A stretch of 64,000 nt of DNA from an uncultured Eggerthellaceae bacterium (GTDB taxonomy: Bacteria > Actinomycetota > Coriobacteriia > Coriobacteriales > Eggerthellaceae), in the NCBI GenBank assembly GCA_910588205.1, contig CAJUQK010000012.1, positions 467 to 64,466 of the forward strand, read 5' to 3'. The number at the start of each line of letters is the position of its first letter. Position 1 is the stretch's first letter. The notes beneath the pieces were generated by a model, which had not been told where the DNA came from, ran no database searches, and saw only the letters and a program-made list of their open reading frames with translations. This document shows positions 1 to 8,630 of this stretch, piece after piece. The translations under genes and the position numbers were made by a program.

Positions 1-1
1 C

Positions 2-133
2 TGGCACGTCCGCGAGGAATCCAGCGAGTACCCGATGTTCCAGGTCCTCGCAGAGTCTTTGTCGAACAACATCAAGGTGATCGTAGAAGCGATGCCTGAG
101 GAATGGCGAAAGGGACTCTGGCCATTGTCGTAA
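2..133 (+). CDS. 3' end of an unidentified gene (partial)
   Basis: Open frame from the window edge (...EYPMFQVLAESLSNNIKVIVEAMPEEWRKGLWPLS) ending at TAA 131-133. No recognisable domain. Confidence 0.3.
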   Translation, partial: WHVREESSEYPMFQVLAESLSNNIKVIVEAMPEEWRKGLWPLS

Positions 134-224
134 ACGCTTGAAACACAAGGAGCGCATCTAGTCGCTTGCATGCAGCGCTTCTGGGATGATTGAGCCACCA
201 ATGAGCGGAAGCGAAGGGATGGCC

Positions 225-869
225 ATGTGCGGTAGGTTCGTGATGCTGACATACGACGAGGTGGTTGATGTCATCAGGAGCATCCAGATGGACACGCCCT
301 ACATCATCGAGCCCGATTGGCCAGCAAGACGACCATCGGCTTATCCTGGCTCCATCGTTCCCATCATCACGCCAGACGAGGGCTTGCTCGTGCCGCAGGA
401 CCTCAAATGGGGCTTCGAGGTGGAATGGCGGAAGGGGCTGGTGTTCAATACGCGCATCGACTTAGCCTTGGGCCCCAAGGCTGGCATGTGGAAGAAGCCC
501 ATCGCCGAGGGAAGGTGCATCGTCGCCACAGCAGGCTTCTTCGAGCCCCATGCCTCAGAGACTATCCGCAGCTCGCGCACCGGTAAGGAAATCAAGCGGC
601 AGTACTTCTTCGAGACGCCGGGGAATCATCCGACATTCCTGGCTGCAGTGAGGAACGAGAATGCCTTCTCGGTGGTGACCACAGAGCCCAACCGATGGGT
701 GTCGCCCATTCACGACAGGATGCCGATAGTTCTGGAGAGGCAGGACATCCCGCTTTGGCTGGAGGGCGATTTCGAGACGTTGGCGGACAGGAGCCGAACC
801 GTGCTCGAGGCTGCTCCCGTAGACGAGCTTGAGGCTGCAGAGCGGCCAGCCCAGCAGCAGCTCTTCTAA
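225..869 (+). CDS. SOS-response-associated peptidase (SRAP/YedK/HMCES family, abasic-site DNA-protein crosslink sensor)
   Basis: N-terminal hallmark MCGRF requires Cys as residue 2, so the start is moved from ORF-track 186 to ATG 225. An AAGGGA RBS lies 5 nt upstream. SRAP-like motifs WGF, FNTR(I)D and RMP(I)VL are present. Confidence 0.85.
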   Translation: MCGRFVMLTYDEVVDVIRSIQMDTPYIIEPDWPARRPSAYPGSIVPIITPDEGLLVPQDLKWGFEVEWRKGLVFNTRIDLALGPKAGMWKKPIAEGRCIVATAGFFEPHASETIRSSRTGKEIKRQYFFETPGNHPTFLAAVRNENAFSVVTTEPNRWVSPIHDRMPIVLERQDIPLWLEGDFETLADRSRTVLEAAPVDELEAAERPAQQQLF

Positions 870-1132
870 TCCTCCTCGTAGACCTTCTCTTCAACGAACC
901 AGCGCGGGGCCTCATAATAAAGGTTCGTGATCACCTTTCCGATGCGCACGGTGTAGCAGAGGCCATCGCCGCCCACCCGCTTTGCTGATTGACGACGCGG
1001 CTTGCTTACTTCGTCGAATGCATAGGTCTTTCCGTTCCACCAAAGCAAAGATGTCGGGTGAATGGTGCCATCTTCATCAACCCTCGTTGTGACAGCGACG
1101 TATCTCTTCTTCCTCTCGGTTATGCCTTGCAT
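866..1132 (-). CDS. Small conserved-looking protein directly downstream of the Y-family polymerase (possible polymerase accessory factor)
   Basis: 88-aa ORF starting 6 nt after the polymerase stop. Plausible composition (…GGDGLCYTVRIGKVITNLYYEAPRWFVEE). No family recognised. Confidence 0.5.
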   Translation of the reverse strand: MQGITERKKRYVAVTTRVDEDGTIHPTSLLWWNGKTYAFDEVSKPRRQSAKRVGGDGLCYTVRIGKVITNLYYEAPRWFVEEKVYEED

Positions 1133-1138
1133 GAAGCA

Positions 1139-2410
1139 TCACCTGAGGAATCCGATCGGATGCACGGTGTTGTCGCGCTTGATGTCGAGCCCGGACATGG
1201 CCTCGTCGGTGAGCTCCATCCCGCGCCTCACGCATGCGTTCCCGAAGCGACGCCTCAAGGCGTCTATGGTGAGATCCAGGCGCTCCATGAGCGCTATGCG
1301 ATCGGCGTTGCCGAAGAGGTCATGCTGAAAGGGCTCCTTCATGGAAACCAAGTTCGTCGTGCGCACATGGAGGGCGCGTATCGCGCGATCCTCGTCAAGA
1401 GGCTGGTTCTCCAGGAGCAGCGCCATCGCTGTGTTGGCGATCTCTTTGGTGAGACATGTCGGGGTCTTGAGAGTGCGCTGCCGCGTGTACCCCGAAAGGT
1501 CACCGGCACGCCTGACCCCGATAGATATCGTCCTGCATCGGTAGCATGACTCGCGAAGCCTCTGCGATACGGATTCAGACAGCAGCCAGATGAGCGCCTT
1601 GGCGTCCGGCTCGCTCACGAGGTCGTGGGGTGCGGTGAGGCCGTTGCCTATGCCCTTGATGTCATACTCCACATCCGCCCGCTCGTAGTCCATGACGCGC
1701 ACAGGGCTTACGTCTTTGCCCTGGGCGAACAGGCATAGCATGAACCCGATTTTTCCGAAGCGCCTCTTCAGGAAATAGTCTCCCGCATGCGCTAGGTCGC
1801 CTATCGTCTTGTAGCCCGCCGAGATGAGCTTCTTCTCCGTTGCGCTACCCACGTAAATCATGTCTCGAACCGGGCGGCTCCATGCCACCTCCTTGTAGTT
1901 CTCAGGCGTGATGGCGATGATGCCGTCGCCGGGATCCATGTCGCTTCCCAGCTTGGCGAAGACCTTGTTCCAGCTCACGCCCACGCTCACCGTCAGTCCG
2001 AGCTCTGACTTGACGCGCTCGGAGATCTCCTGGGCGACGTGCATCTCGTCCCCACCGAATAGGGGCAGCGATCCTGTGACGTCGATCCATGCCTCGTCCA
2101 GCCCGAAGGGCTCCACCAGATCGGTGTAGTCGTAGTAGATCATCCGCGCCAAGCGGGAGTAGCGCTTGTAGGCAGCGTAGTCCGGCGGCACGATGATGAT
2201 GTTGGGGCACACCTTCTTCGCTTCCCAGATGGCAAGCCCCGTCTTGACGCCGGCAGCCTTCGCTTGGCGCGACTTAGCCAAGATGATGCCATTGCGCTTC
2301 TTCGGATCGCCCGCGACGGCGATGGGCTTCCCTCGAAGCCCTGGATCGAGGTGCTGCGCGACGGAGGCGTAGAACGCATTCATGTCGATGTGCATGACAA
2401 CTCTTTGCAT
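1139..2410 (-). CDS. Y-family translesion DNA polymerase, UmuC/ImpB-like
   Basis: N-terminus MQRVVMHIDMNAFYASV. The D-x-N-x-F-Y-A-S form is the UmuC/ImpB flavour. Also SRLARMIY, FGLDEAWIDVTG and little-finger-like C-terminal region. GGAGG RBS. Confidence 0.9.
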   Translation of the reverse strand: MQRVVMHIDMNAFYASVAQHLDPGLRGKPIAVAGDPKKRNGIILAKSRQAKAAGVKTGLAIWEAKKVCPNIIIVPPDYAAYKRYSRLARMIYYDYTDLVEPFGLDEAWIDVTGSLPLFGGDEMHVAQEISERVKSELGLTVSVGVSWNKVFAKLGSDMDPGDGIIAITPENYKEVAWSRPVRDMIYVGSATEKKLISAGYKTIGDLAHAGDYFLKRRFGKIGFMLCLFAQGKDVSPVRVMDYERADVEYDIKGIGNGLTAPHDLVSEPDAKALIWLLSESVSQRLRESCYRCRTISIGVRRAGDLSGYTRQRTLKTPTCLTKEIANTAMALLLENQPLDEDRAIRALHVRTTNLVSMKEPFQHDLFGNADRIALMERLDLTIDALRRRFGNACVRRGMELTDEAMSGLDIKRDNTVHPIGFLR

Positions 2411-2433
2411 CTTGCCTCCGATCTCTCATAAAG

Positions 2434-2447
2434 GGAACATATGTTCG
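2434..2447. promoter_or_regulatory. LexA/SOS (Cheo-type) box GGAACATATGTTCG upstream of the polymerase gene
   Basis: Matches the Gram-positive consensus CGAAC-N4-GTTCG at 13 of 14 positions. Lies 24-37 nt upstream of the polymerase ATG at 2410. Confidence 0.6.
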
Positions 2448-2577
2448 TGTTGGATAATCTATAGTACCCCTCCGACGCAAACTCGGCAATCGAACAAATT
2501 GTGTTTTCGGAAATCCTTTCTCTGACTCTCAACCTTTTATGAGACTAGGTATTCTTTTACGAGAAAGGAATTTTGCT

Positions 2578-3576
2578 ATGCAATTCGATAATTCATTTTG
2601 GGTGGTTCGACAGTACTTGCAGAACGTTATCGAGGAATTGTCTTATCCGACACCTTCTTGCGATGTGAACTTCACGCTCAATAACTTTTCACAGGTATTC
2701 ACACCAATGCACCTTTATAGGTATAGAGAATGCGGACGGGAACATTCGTTTTCCGATATCGAAAGCAGTCAAATCACGCTTACTGCCGCATCTGAGTTTC
2801 CAGATATCCATGATGCAGCAATACATGATACGGGTGAAATGGAGAGAATGGCTGATCGCATCGTAAGCCAAACATCAGAAACTCGTGCTGCAATGCTTGA
2901 GATCATGAAGAATGCAGGAGTGCATCCGGAAAGCGAAACAGCGAAGAGATTCAATGTCTTCACAGATGAGTTCTTTGATCTTCCGAGCAATACACAGCGA
3001 GAACAATTAGACAAAATGACACGGCAGATAAAAGAGGCCATTAACCCGCAGCAATACAGCAATAGTTTGCGCGAGCAACTACAGATAGCGTGCTTATGCG
3101 GAAATCCCAACTCAAGCTATATGTGGGAGAACTACGGTGGCAATGGTTCTGGGTATGTCATTGAGTACAAGGTATCCCAGCTATTTGATATTGACCTTGA
3201 TAACAATCAGCGCCCATTGATATTGCCTGTCATCTACGCAAGCCAACTACCAGACACATTTTTGCTTCCTGTTTCGCAAATCATCGAGCCAACCGCCGGT
3301 TCAGTGATGCGAGAAGACATCTTCGAGGGCATGAAGACAATCAATCTCATTAAATGCGTTTTCTACAAACAGATCGATCCTTTTGTAAAAGAGGAAGAAT
3401 GGCGATTGCAGCTCACGCCACAGAATTCCGAGAAAGGCGACCAGCACATCTTCAGAAATATCTGTCCATCACGACTTATCGCTGGAACCTATATGACTGA
3501 GCTGGATAGGAAGCGATTGCAGAATTGTGGGAAAGCGAACAGCATCCAGGTCGATGAAGTGAAGAAAAAAGAATAG
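2578..3576 (+). CDS. DUF2971-like protein (function unknown) in an AT-rich insert
   Basis: LYRYRE…ASEFPDIHD resembles the DUF2971 N-terminal lYkYr…FNDPfE motif. C-terminal KEEEWRLQ resembles its EkEWRl motif. Start chosen at ATG 2578 (GAAAGGAA RBS); the ORF track starts at 2539. Confidence 0.5.
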   Translation: MQFDNSFWVVRQYLQNVIEELSYPTPSCDVNFTLNNFSQVFTPMHLYRYRECGREHSFSDIESSQITLTAASEFPDIHDAAIHDTGEMERMADRIVSQTSETRAAMLEIMKNAGVHPESETAKRFNVFTDEFFDLPSNTQREQLDKMTRQIKEAINPQQYSNSLREQLQIACLCGNPNSSYMWENYGGNGSGYVIEYKVSQLFDIDLDNNQRPLILPVIYASQLPDTFLLPVSQIIEPTAGSVMREDIFEGMKTINLIKCVFYKQIDPFVKEEEWRLQLTPQNSEKGDQHIFRNICPSRLIAGTYMTELDRKRLQNCGKANSIQVDEVKKKE

Positions 3577-3593
3577 GGAGGAAGATCCTCCCT
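3575..3593. terminator. Hairpin between convergent genes (AGGGAGGA-aga-TCCTCCCT). A T-tract follows on the minus strand.
   Basis: Perfect 8-bp stem. The minus-strand continuation is T-rich (attcttttttctt), which fits termination of the YraN-like gene. Confidence 0.55.
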
Positions 3594-3615
3594 ATTCAGC
3601 GACCGTGAATCGCAG

Positions 3616-4152
3616 CTACTTGGCAGCATCTCCTCTGAGTGCGTTGATCTGGTGACGAATCATAGCTCTGTCAGAACCGATGACGACAATAGAGATGATA
3701 TCGAAGCGAATAGCGAGATCACGAAGCTGAGTCTTTTCAAGATACGCAATCGCGATCTTCTCATACCGCTTGCGCTTGGACTCCGTGAACGTATTGCTCG
3801 GAAATCCTCTGCTGGTGTCCCTGCGCGTCTGTACCTCGACGAAGGCTATGCAGTCTTCGTCTGTGGCGATGATGTCCACCTCACCGGCGTAACAGGTCCA
3901 ATTGCGTTCAAGGATATCGTACCCTCGATGCGCGAGGAATCGTGCCGCTGCTTCTTCGCCACGAGCGCTTAGTTCCTTCGAGTGGTGCGTTGTCTTCTTT
4001 GGGACAGTATCACTCTTCGCAGAGGCCGCATTGGTCTCAGCAGCATCGCGACGTCGCGCGTTGCGTCTCGCTGTTGTGGATTTCGTTGCTGCTCTCTTTG
4101 TCGCGGTGCTAGTCTTGGGCTTGTCCAGAACCCCTGTTGCTGTCTTTGCCAT
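3616..4152 (-). CDS. YraN/UPF0102-family endonuclease-like protein with a roughly 65-aa basic T/A/K/R-rich N-terminal extension
   Basis: Core AARFLAHRGYDILERNWTCYAGEVDIIA…IAFVEVQTRR…KRKRYEKIAIAYL…IRFDIISI matches the UPF0102 pattern (GE.DiIa, vFVEVK.R, RfDvi). Confidence 0.8.
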   Translation of the reverse strand: MAKTATGVLDKPKTSTATKRAATKSTTARRNARRRDAAETNAASAKSDTVPKKTTHHSKELSARGEEAAARFLAHRGYDILERNWTCYAGEVDIIATDEDCIAFVEVQTRRDTSRGFPSNTFTESKRKRYEKIAIAYLEKTQLRDLAIRFDIISIVVIGSDRAMIRHQINALRGDAAK

Positions 4153-4465
4153 TTCATCTTCCTTTCCTATATGGACTCTCTATGTCAACAGGGGTGCCGG
4201 CAGGCATCCCTGGGGATGCCTATCGGTCAGAATGTAGCTGCGTTTTCAAGGTGCTTGCTCTTCACCCGTATTCGAGCGGAGCGCGAATGCCTGATCATCC
4301 TCGCAAAGCGCGCGGACATCGCAGAGGTGCAGAGAGACGTTCGGGCATCTATGATCGTGCCTGTCTATACATATGGGAATGCATGGTGCGGCTTTGTCAG
4401 CCAGCTTGAAAGGACGAAGCCCTGCGGTCGTATCCTCATACACAAAACGGAAGGATGACCGGATC

Positions 4466-4669
4466 ATGATGACCACGAAATCGTATCGGATGGATGAAGC
4501 GACCCTTGAGCGCATAGAGCAACTTGAAAGCTCAAGAGAGCTGCACGCTGGTAGAAGGACGCTTGAGACCACCGCAACGCAAGTGCTGCGGGATGCGGTG
4601 GAGATGCTGCACCGGCACGAGCTGGGCCATGAGAGCATCATCTCTCCTCAAGACCCGCGCTTCGCCTGA
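4466..4669 (+). CDS. Small ribbon-helix-helix-like protein
   Basis: KSYRMDEATLERIEQLE fits an RHH beta-strand plus helix. Internal ATG 4466 of ORF 4373..4669 was chosen. Weak call. Confidence 0.35.
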   Translation: MMTTKSYRMDEATLERIEQLESSRELHAGRRTLETTATQVLRDAVEMLHRHELGHESIISPQDPRFA

Positions 4670-4682
4670 TTCGAACATAAAA

Positions 4683-4709
4683 AGATCGGGTGCGTTGTGC
4701 ACCCGATCT
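4683..4709 (-). terminator. Rho-independent terminator of ssb
   Basis: Perfect 11-bp stem AGATCGGGTGC/GCACCCGATCT with a 5-nt loop. The A-run on the plus side gives a U-tract on the minus transcript. Confidence 0.7.
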
Positions 4710-4759
4710 GCGACCTGACTTCGAATCATCGACCCAAAGCCATCACTGAAGAGGGCTCG

Positions 4760-5167
4760 CTAGAAGGGAATGTCCTCGTCGTAGAGCGCCACATCGACGC
4801 CAGGGTCGACGGTGAGGCCAGATTCGGATCCATCACCCTTCTTGCCAGAGCAGAGATCGATGTTCTCCACAATGACTTCCAGCTTGCTGCGCTTCTGTCC
4901 GTCGCGCTCCCACTGAGACCAGCGGAGCTTGCCGTCCACGGCAACCTTGGAACCCTTCGAAAGATGGGGAGCAAGGCCACTCGCGCGATTGCCGAAGATC
5001 GTGCAGTCGACGAAGTTGGCGTGGTCTTCGTACTCGCCGGTCTGGCTGTTCTTGCGCTTATCGTTCACAGCGATGCTGAACGAAAGCACGGCCACACCGC
5101 TTGCCGTGGTGCGAAGCTCCGGGTCGCGGGTCAGATTGCCGCTCAGGACTACTCGATTGATGCTCAT
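4760..5167 (-). CDS. ssb: Single-stranded DNA-binding protein
   Basis: MSINRVVLSGNLTRDPELR OB-fold start and a canonical acidic C-terminal tip DEDIPF. Confidence 0.95.
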   Translation of the reverse strand: MSINRVVLSGNLTRDPELRTTASGVAVLSFSIAVNDKRKNSQTGEYEDHANFVDCTIFGNRASGLAPHLSKGSKVAVDGKLRWSQWERDGQKRSKLEVIVENIDLCSGKKGDGSESGLTVDPGVDVALYDEDIPF

Positions 5168-5508
5168 GTGCTATCTCCTTGTCTGTTGCGCACTTCGGTC
5201 TCGTGCAGCGTCCTTGCTGCATAGGTCGATTCGAGATGTCAAAGTGCTGATGGTCGCTTCGTGCTCCTGACGGCACGAATAGCGGATGCATCGCCGAAGC
5301 TATCCCAGAAGCTCCTGGCCTCTCAGGTTGGCAAGCGCATGGGCAACCCTTCCCATCCGCAGGTATATATGGGCTGCGCTCAGTCTCACTGCAAGACTCC
5401 ATCAACCCTGTATTGACCTTGGCACCGAGCAGACCGCAATCCGCATGGCACCAAGAGCGGGAGCAATCCAGCTCACTACATTCGTCAAGGAAACACCGCC
5501 CTTAGGAG

Positions 5509-5820
5509 ATGCACATGGCAGTCAATGACACCCTCAATGAAATGTTCGGGATCGTGGGATCTATCCTCGGCACCGTGACCGATGGGCTCTACGGCATCGC
5601 GCCCAAGCTCATCGTGATAGCCATCCTGGTTGCCCTCATCGGCGTCGTGTTCTGCTCCAGCATGCAGCGTGGCGCGAAGATCGCAGCGGTCATAGTGATC
5701 GCGATCGTGGCCTTCGCGTTCGGCTTTTTGCCTGACATCGTGAACGGACTCCTCGGTGCCGCAGGCGATGCCCAGATTGCATCGGCTTCGTCGAACGCGC
5801 TTGCCGATGCTCTTGGATAA
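5509..5820 (+). CDS. Small two-TM membrane protein of the T4SS operon (VirB2/TrbC-like candidate); paralog of 8316..8612
   Basis: Two hydrophobic helices. Shares the FLP(D/A)I(V/I)NG…L(L/A)G motif with the 8316 gene. Confidence 0.55.
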   Translation: MHMAVNDTLNEMFGIVGSILGTVTDGLYGIAPKLIVIAILVALIGVVFCSSMQRGAKIAAVIVIAIVAFAFGFLPDIVNGLLGAAGDAQIASASSNALADALG

Positions 5821-8131
5821 GCCTCTGAGCGACCGAGCATCGGCATGGGCCTACGCGGTCTCGCTCATCCTCGCGCTCAGCGCCTGGGCGCTCGTCGCCT
5901 TTCCTGCGATCTACGTGTTCGGCTTCCTGGCGTTCCCGACTGACCTCGCAGGTGCCGCGCTATCGCCTCTCTCGTTCCTCTCGACCTACTTTGAGCGTTG
6001 CTTCCCGTTCGGGCTGAGTGCCTTTGCCGCCCTTGCGGGTAGCTACGGGGTGAGCCTCCTTGCGCTCGCCATAGGAGTCGCATCCTTCGCGTTGCCGGTC
6101 ATCGCGGTGAAGAGGATGCACAAACGCCTTACCCATGCGCCATCCATCCTGGACAAGCTGCCCAAAGCAGCCGATACCACCGAGCATGGCTCGGCACGCC
6201 TCATCGAAGACCCCAAGGAGATCGCCAAAGCCTGGAAATGCGTGGAGTCGACGGACATGGACATGGAGCAGTCCGGAATCGTGCTCGGGTACTGGCTGGA
6301 CAGGAGCCCGTGGCACGTCCTCTGGGAAGACCTAGCAAGGAGATCCGCTCGCATCCCGATGCCGCCAGAGCCCAAGGGCAGGTACTTCGTGACCGATGGC
6401 GACATACACGTGGCCATCTTTGGCTCCACCCGCGCTGGCAAGAGCCGGCGCATCCTCATCCCGACGATAGAGGTCCTCATGCGCGGCGAGAAGGAATCCG
6501 CGCTCGTGCTCGATCCGAAAGGCGAGCTCTACGGCCTCTGCTCAGAGGAGCTTCGCCGACGCGGCGTCAAGGTGAACCGCATAGACCTCAGGTACACGGA
6601 GCATTCCGATTGCCGCAATCCCATGGGCGAGGTCGTTGAGCTTTGGAACATGATCCGCAAGGAGAAGGATAGCTCCCGCAGCCTTGAGCTCACGGCGAAG
6701 GTGTCCCAGCGCGTGCAGGACCTCGTCGAAATGCTCTTTCCCACCACGCCCGATGAGGGACAGGCGAAGTACTTCAATGACGGCGCACGTGCGCAGATCC
6801 GCTCCGCCATCCATTACGTGGCATCGAGCCCCTTCTGTCCCGATGAGCAGAAGACCCTCGCAACGGTCTCTCGTGTGCTGGCCATGTACGCGGATGCCCA
6901 GCCGCTCCCGCAGAATGACAAGCGCACGTTCGTCCCTTACGAAGCGATGCTGGAGAAGCTCCCGGCAGACCATCCAGCCGTCGAGGCATGGGCAGCGGGG
7001 CGTGGCGGCACTGCGAAGGAGACCGCTCAGTTCTCATCGACCGCGCAAGGGCCGCTGCAGCTCTACCGCGACCCTTCGGTCATGCGCATCACGCAGACCA
7101 CGACGACTCCTTTGGAGAATCTCGGCAAGGAGCGCTCCATCACATTCCTCATCGTCCCCCAGGACCGTCCTGCCTATGCAGGGTTCGCGAACCTCTACAT
7201 CCAGCAGACCTACTCGGCGCTCTCTGACCTCGCAACCGATTACGGCGGACGCCTCCCGCAGAACGTGACCATCATCGGCGAGGAGATAGGCAACCTCACG
7301 CCCATCCCTGACCTGGCGGGAAAGCTCGGCTTCGGAACGGGCCTCGGCATTCGCTGGGTGCTCGTCTTGCAGAACTTCGCCAAAATGCAGGACCGCTATG
7401 GAGAGCGCCCCGCCACTGACATGGTGGGCAACTGCGGCGTGCAGTGCTTCATCAAGACCGATGAGATAGAGCGGACCGGCAAGCATATCGAGACGATGCT
7501 CGGCACCTACACGACCACATCGGAAGGGCAGTCAAGGTCAGGTGCTCGCCTCTCGCCGTTCAAGCCCCAAGGCTCCGATTCGGTTCGCACCGTGAAGCGC
7601 CAGCTGCTCACCGCAGACGAGCTGGCAGCATGGACGCCCGATATGGGCAACATCGTCATCAAGGACGGCATCAAGTACCTCATGCCCCTGCCAGACCTGT
7701 CCAAGATGCCAACGGAACGCATCTGCGGACTCGGCGACAAGGAGCACAACCAGGAGATGCAGCAGAGGGCCCTTTGCGGTGGCAAGCCCAATGCCATCCC
7801 CTTGCCGAAGCCCTGGTACCCCGAGCTCAAGCGCAAGAGGGACTACACTGCCAACATGCTCAAAGTCTGCCGCGCCTCCTACATGCGCGAGCTCGGCTAC
7901 ATCTACCTTGCCCGCTATGCGGTGAAAAGCCAGGAGCCATCGCAACCCGCAAAGGGGATTGGTGCACCACTGGAGCACCAATCCCCGAAGGTCGGCTCTC
8001 AGCCCAGACAGAGGCCAGAACCTCGCAAGCCAACGAATGCCCGCGGATCGGCGAAAACCCCGCAATGCAAGGATGCTTGCACTAGCGTCGGAGGCATAGG
8101 GCCAGACGATGCGGAATGGGCCGGTTGGTAG
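5807..8131 (+). CDS. Type IV secretion coupling protein (VirD4/TraG family)
   Basis: N-terminal TM helices, Walker A GSTRAGKS, LDPKGELY, and GIRWVLVLQNFAKMQDRYG (Q-rich T4CP motif). Start placed at ATG 5807, overlapping the upstream stop; the ORF track starts at 5756. Confidence 0.9.
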   Translation: MLLDKPLSDRASAWAYAVSLILALSAWALVAFPAIYVFGFLAFPTDLAGAALSPLSFLSTYFERCFPFGLSAFAALAGSYGVSLLALAIGVASFALPVIAVKRMHKRLTHAPSILDKLPKAADTTEHGSARLIEDPKEIAKAWKCVESTDMDMEQSGIVLGYWLDRSPWHVLWEDLARRSARIPMPPEPKGRYFVTDGDIHVAIFGSTRAGKSRRILIPTIEVLMRGEKESALVLDPKGELYGLCSEELRRRGVKVNRIDLRYTEHSDCRNPMGEVVELWNMIRKEKDSSRSLELTAKVSQRVQDLVEMLFPTTPDEGQAKYFNDGARAQIRSAIHYVASSPFCPDEQKTLATVSRVLAMYADAQPLPQNDKRTFVPYEAMLEKLPADHPAVEAWAAGRGGTAKETAQFSSTAQGPLQLYRDPSVMRITQTTTTPLENLGKERSITFLIVPQDRPAYAGFANLYIQQTYSALSDLATDYGGRLPQNVTIIGEEIGNLTPIPDLAGKLGFGTGLGIRWVLVLQNFAKMQDRYGERPATDMVGNCGVQCFIKTDEIERTGKHIETMLGTYTTTSEGQSRSGARLSPFKPQGSDSVRTVKRQLLTADELAAWTPDMGNIVIKDGIKYLMPLPDLSKMPTERICGLGDKEHNQEMQQRALCGGKPNAIPLPKPWYPELKRKRDYTANMLKVCRASYMRELGYIYLARYAVKSQEPSQPAKGIGAPLEHQSPKVGSQPRQRPEPRKPTNARGSAKTPQCKDACTSVGGIGPDDAEWAGW

Positions 8132-8315
8132 TCTCACGGCAAGACTGACGCCACGTATATACATCGCCATGCCATCCATGCAGCGAAGCCCCGCGAAGCA
8201 TGAGCCGCCTTCGGACGCGAGCAGAATCTCCCATGGGCCGCACGCCCGGTAGACGGAGGCCGGGACGCGCGGCCCGCCAATTTCGAAACCATACGAAAGG
8301 CGGGAGCTTCAAGGC

Positions 8316-8612
8316 ATGGACTTCGCATCGGTATTCAACAACATCATGGACATGGTCCGTGACAACATCCTGCTGACCATCGGCTACGGAATCCTCGGCC
8401 TGGTTGCCGCAGCGGCTCTTGTGATCTTGGCAAAGGAAGGCTTCGGCCTCGCGTTCACGCAGGACACCCCTGAGCGCCGAGAGAAGATGAAGAACTGCGT
8501 CTACGTCCTTGCTGTGTGCCTCGTGCTCGCCTTCCTGCCTGCCATCATCAATGGCGTGATCACCCTCGCAGGCACAGCGACCAACCTCGGCCAGAGCTTC
8601 CTCACGATCTAG
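8316..8612 (+). CDS. Small two-TM membrane protein; paralog of 5509..5820
   Basis: Same length class and topology. LAFLPAIINGVITLAGT compares with FGFLPDIVNGLLGAAG in the 5509 gene. Confidence 0.55.
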   Translation: MDFASVFNNIMDMVRDNILLTIGYGILGLVAAAALVILAKEGFGLAFTQDTPERREKMKNCVYVLAVCLVLAFLPAIINGVITLAGTATNLGQSFLTI

Positions 8613-8630
8613 CCGGGAAGAGACACGTCC

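Noticed and set aside
2488-2505. Second CGAAC half-site (CGAACAAATTGTGT) near the LexA box.
   Set aside because: It lacks the GTTC half, so it is not a credible second SOS box.
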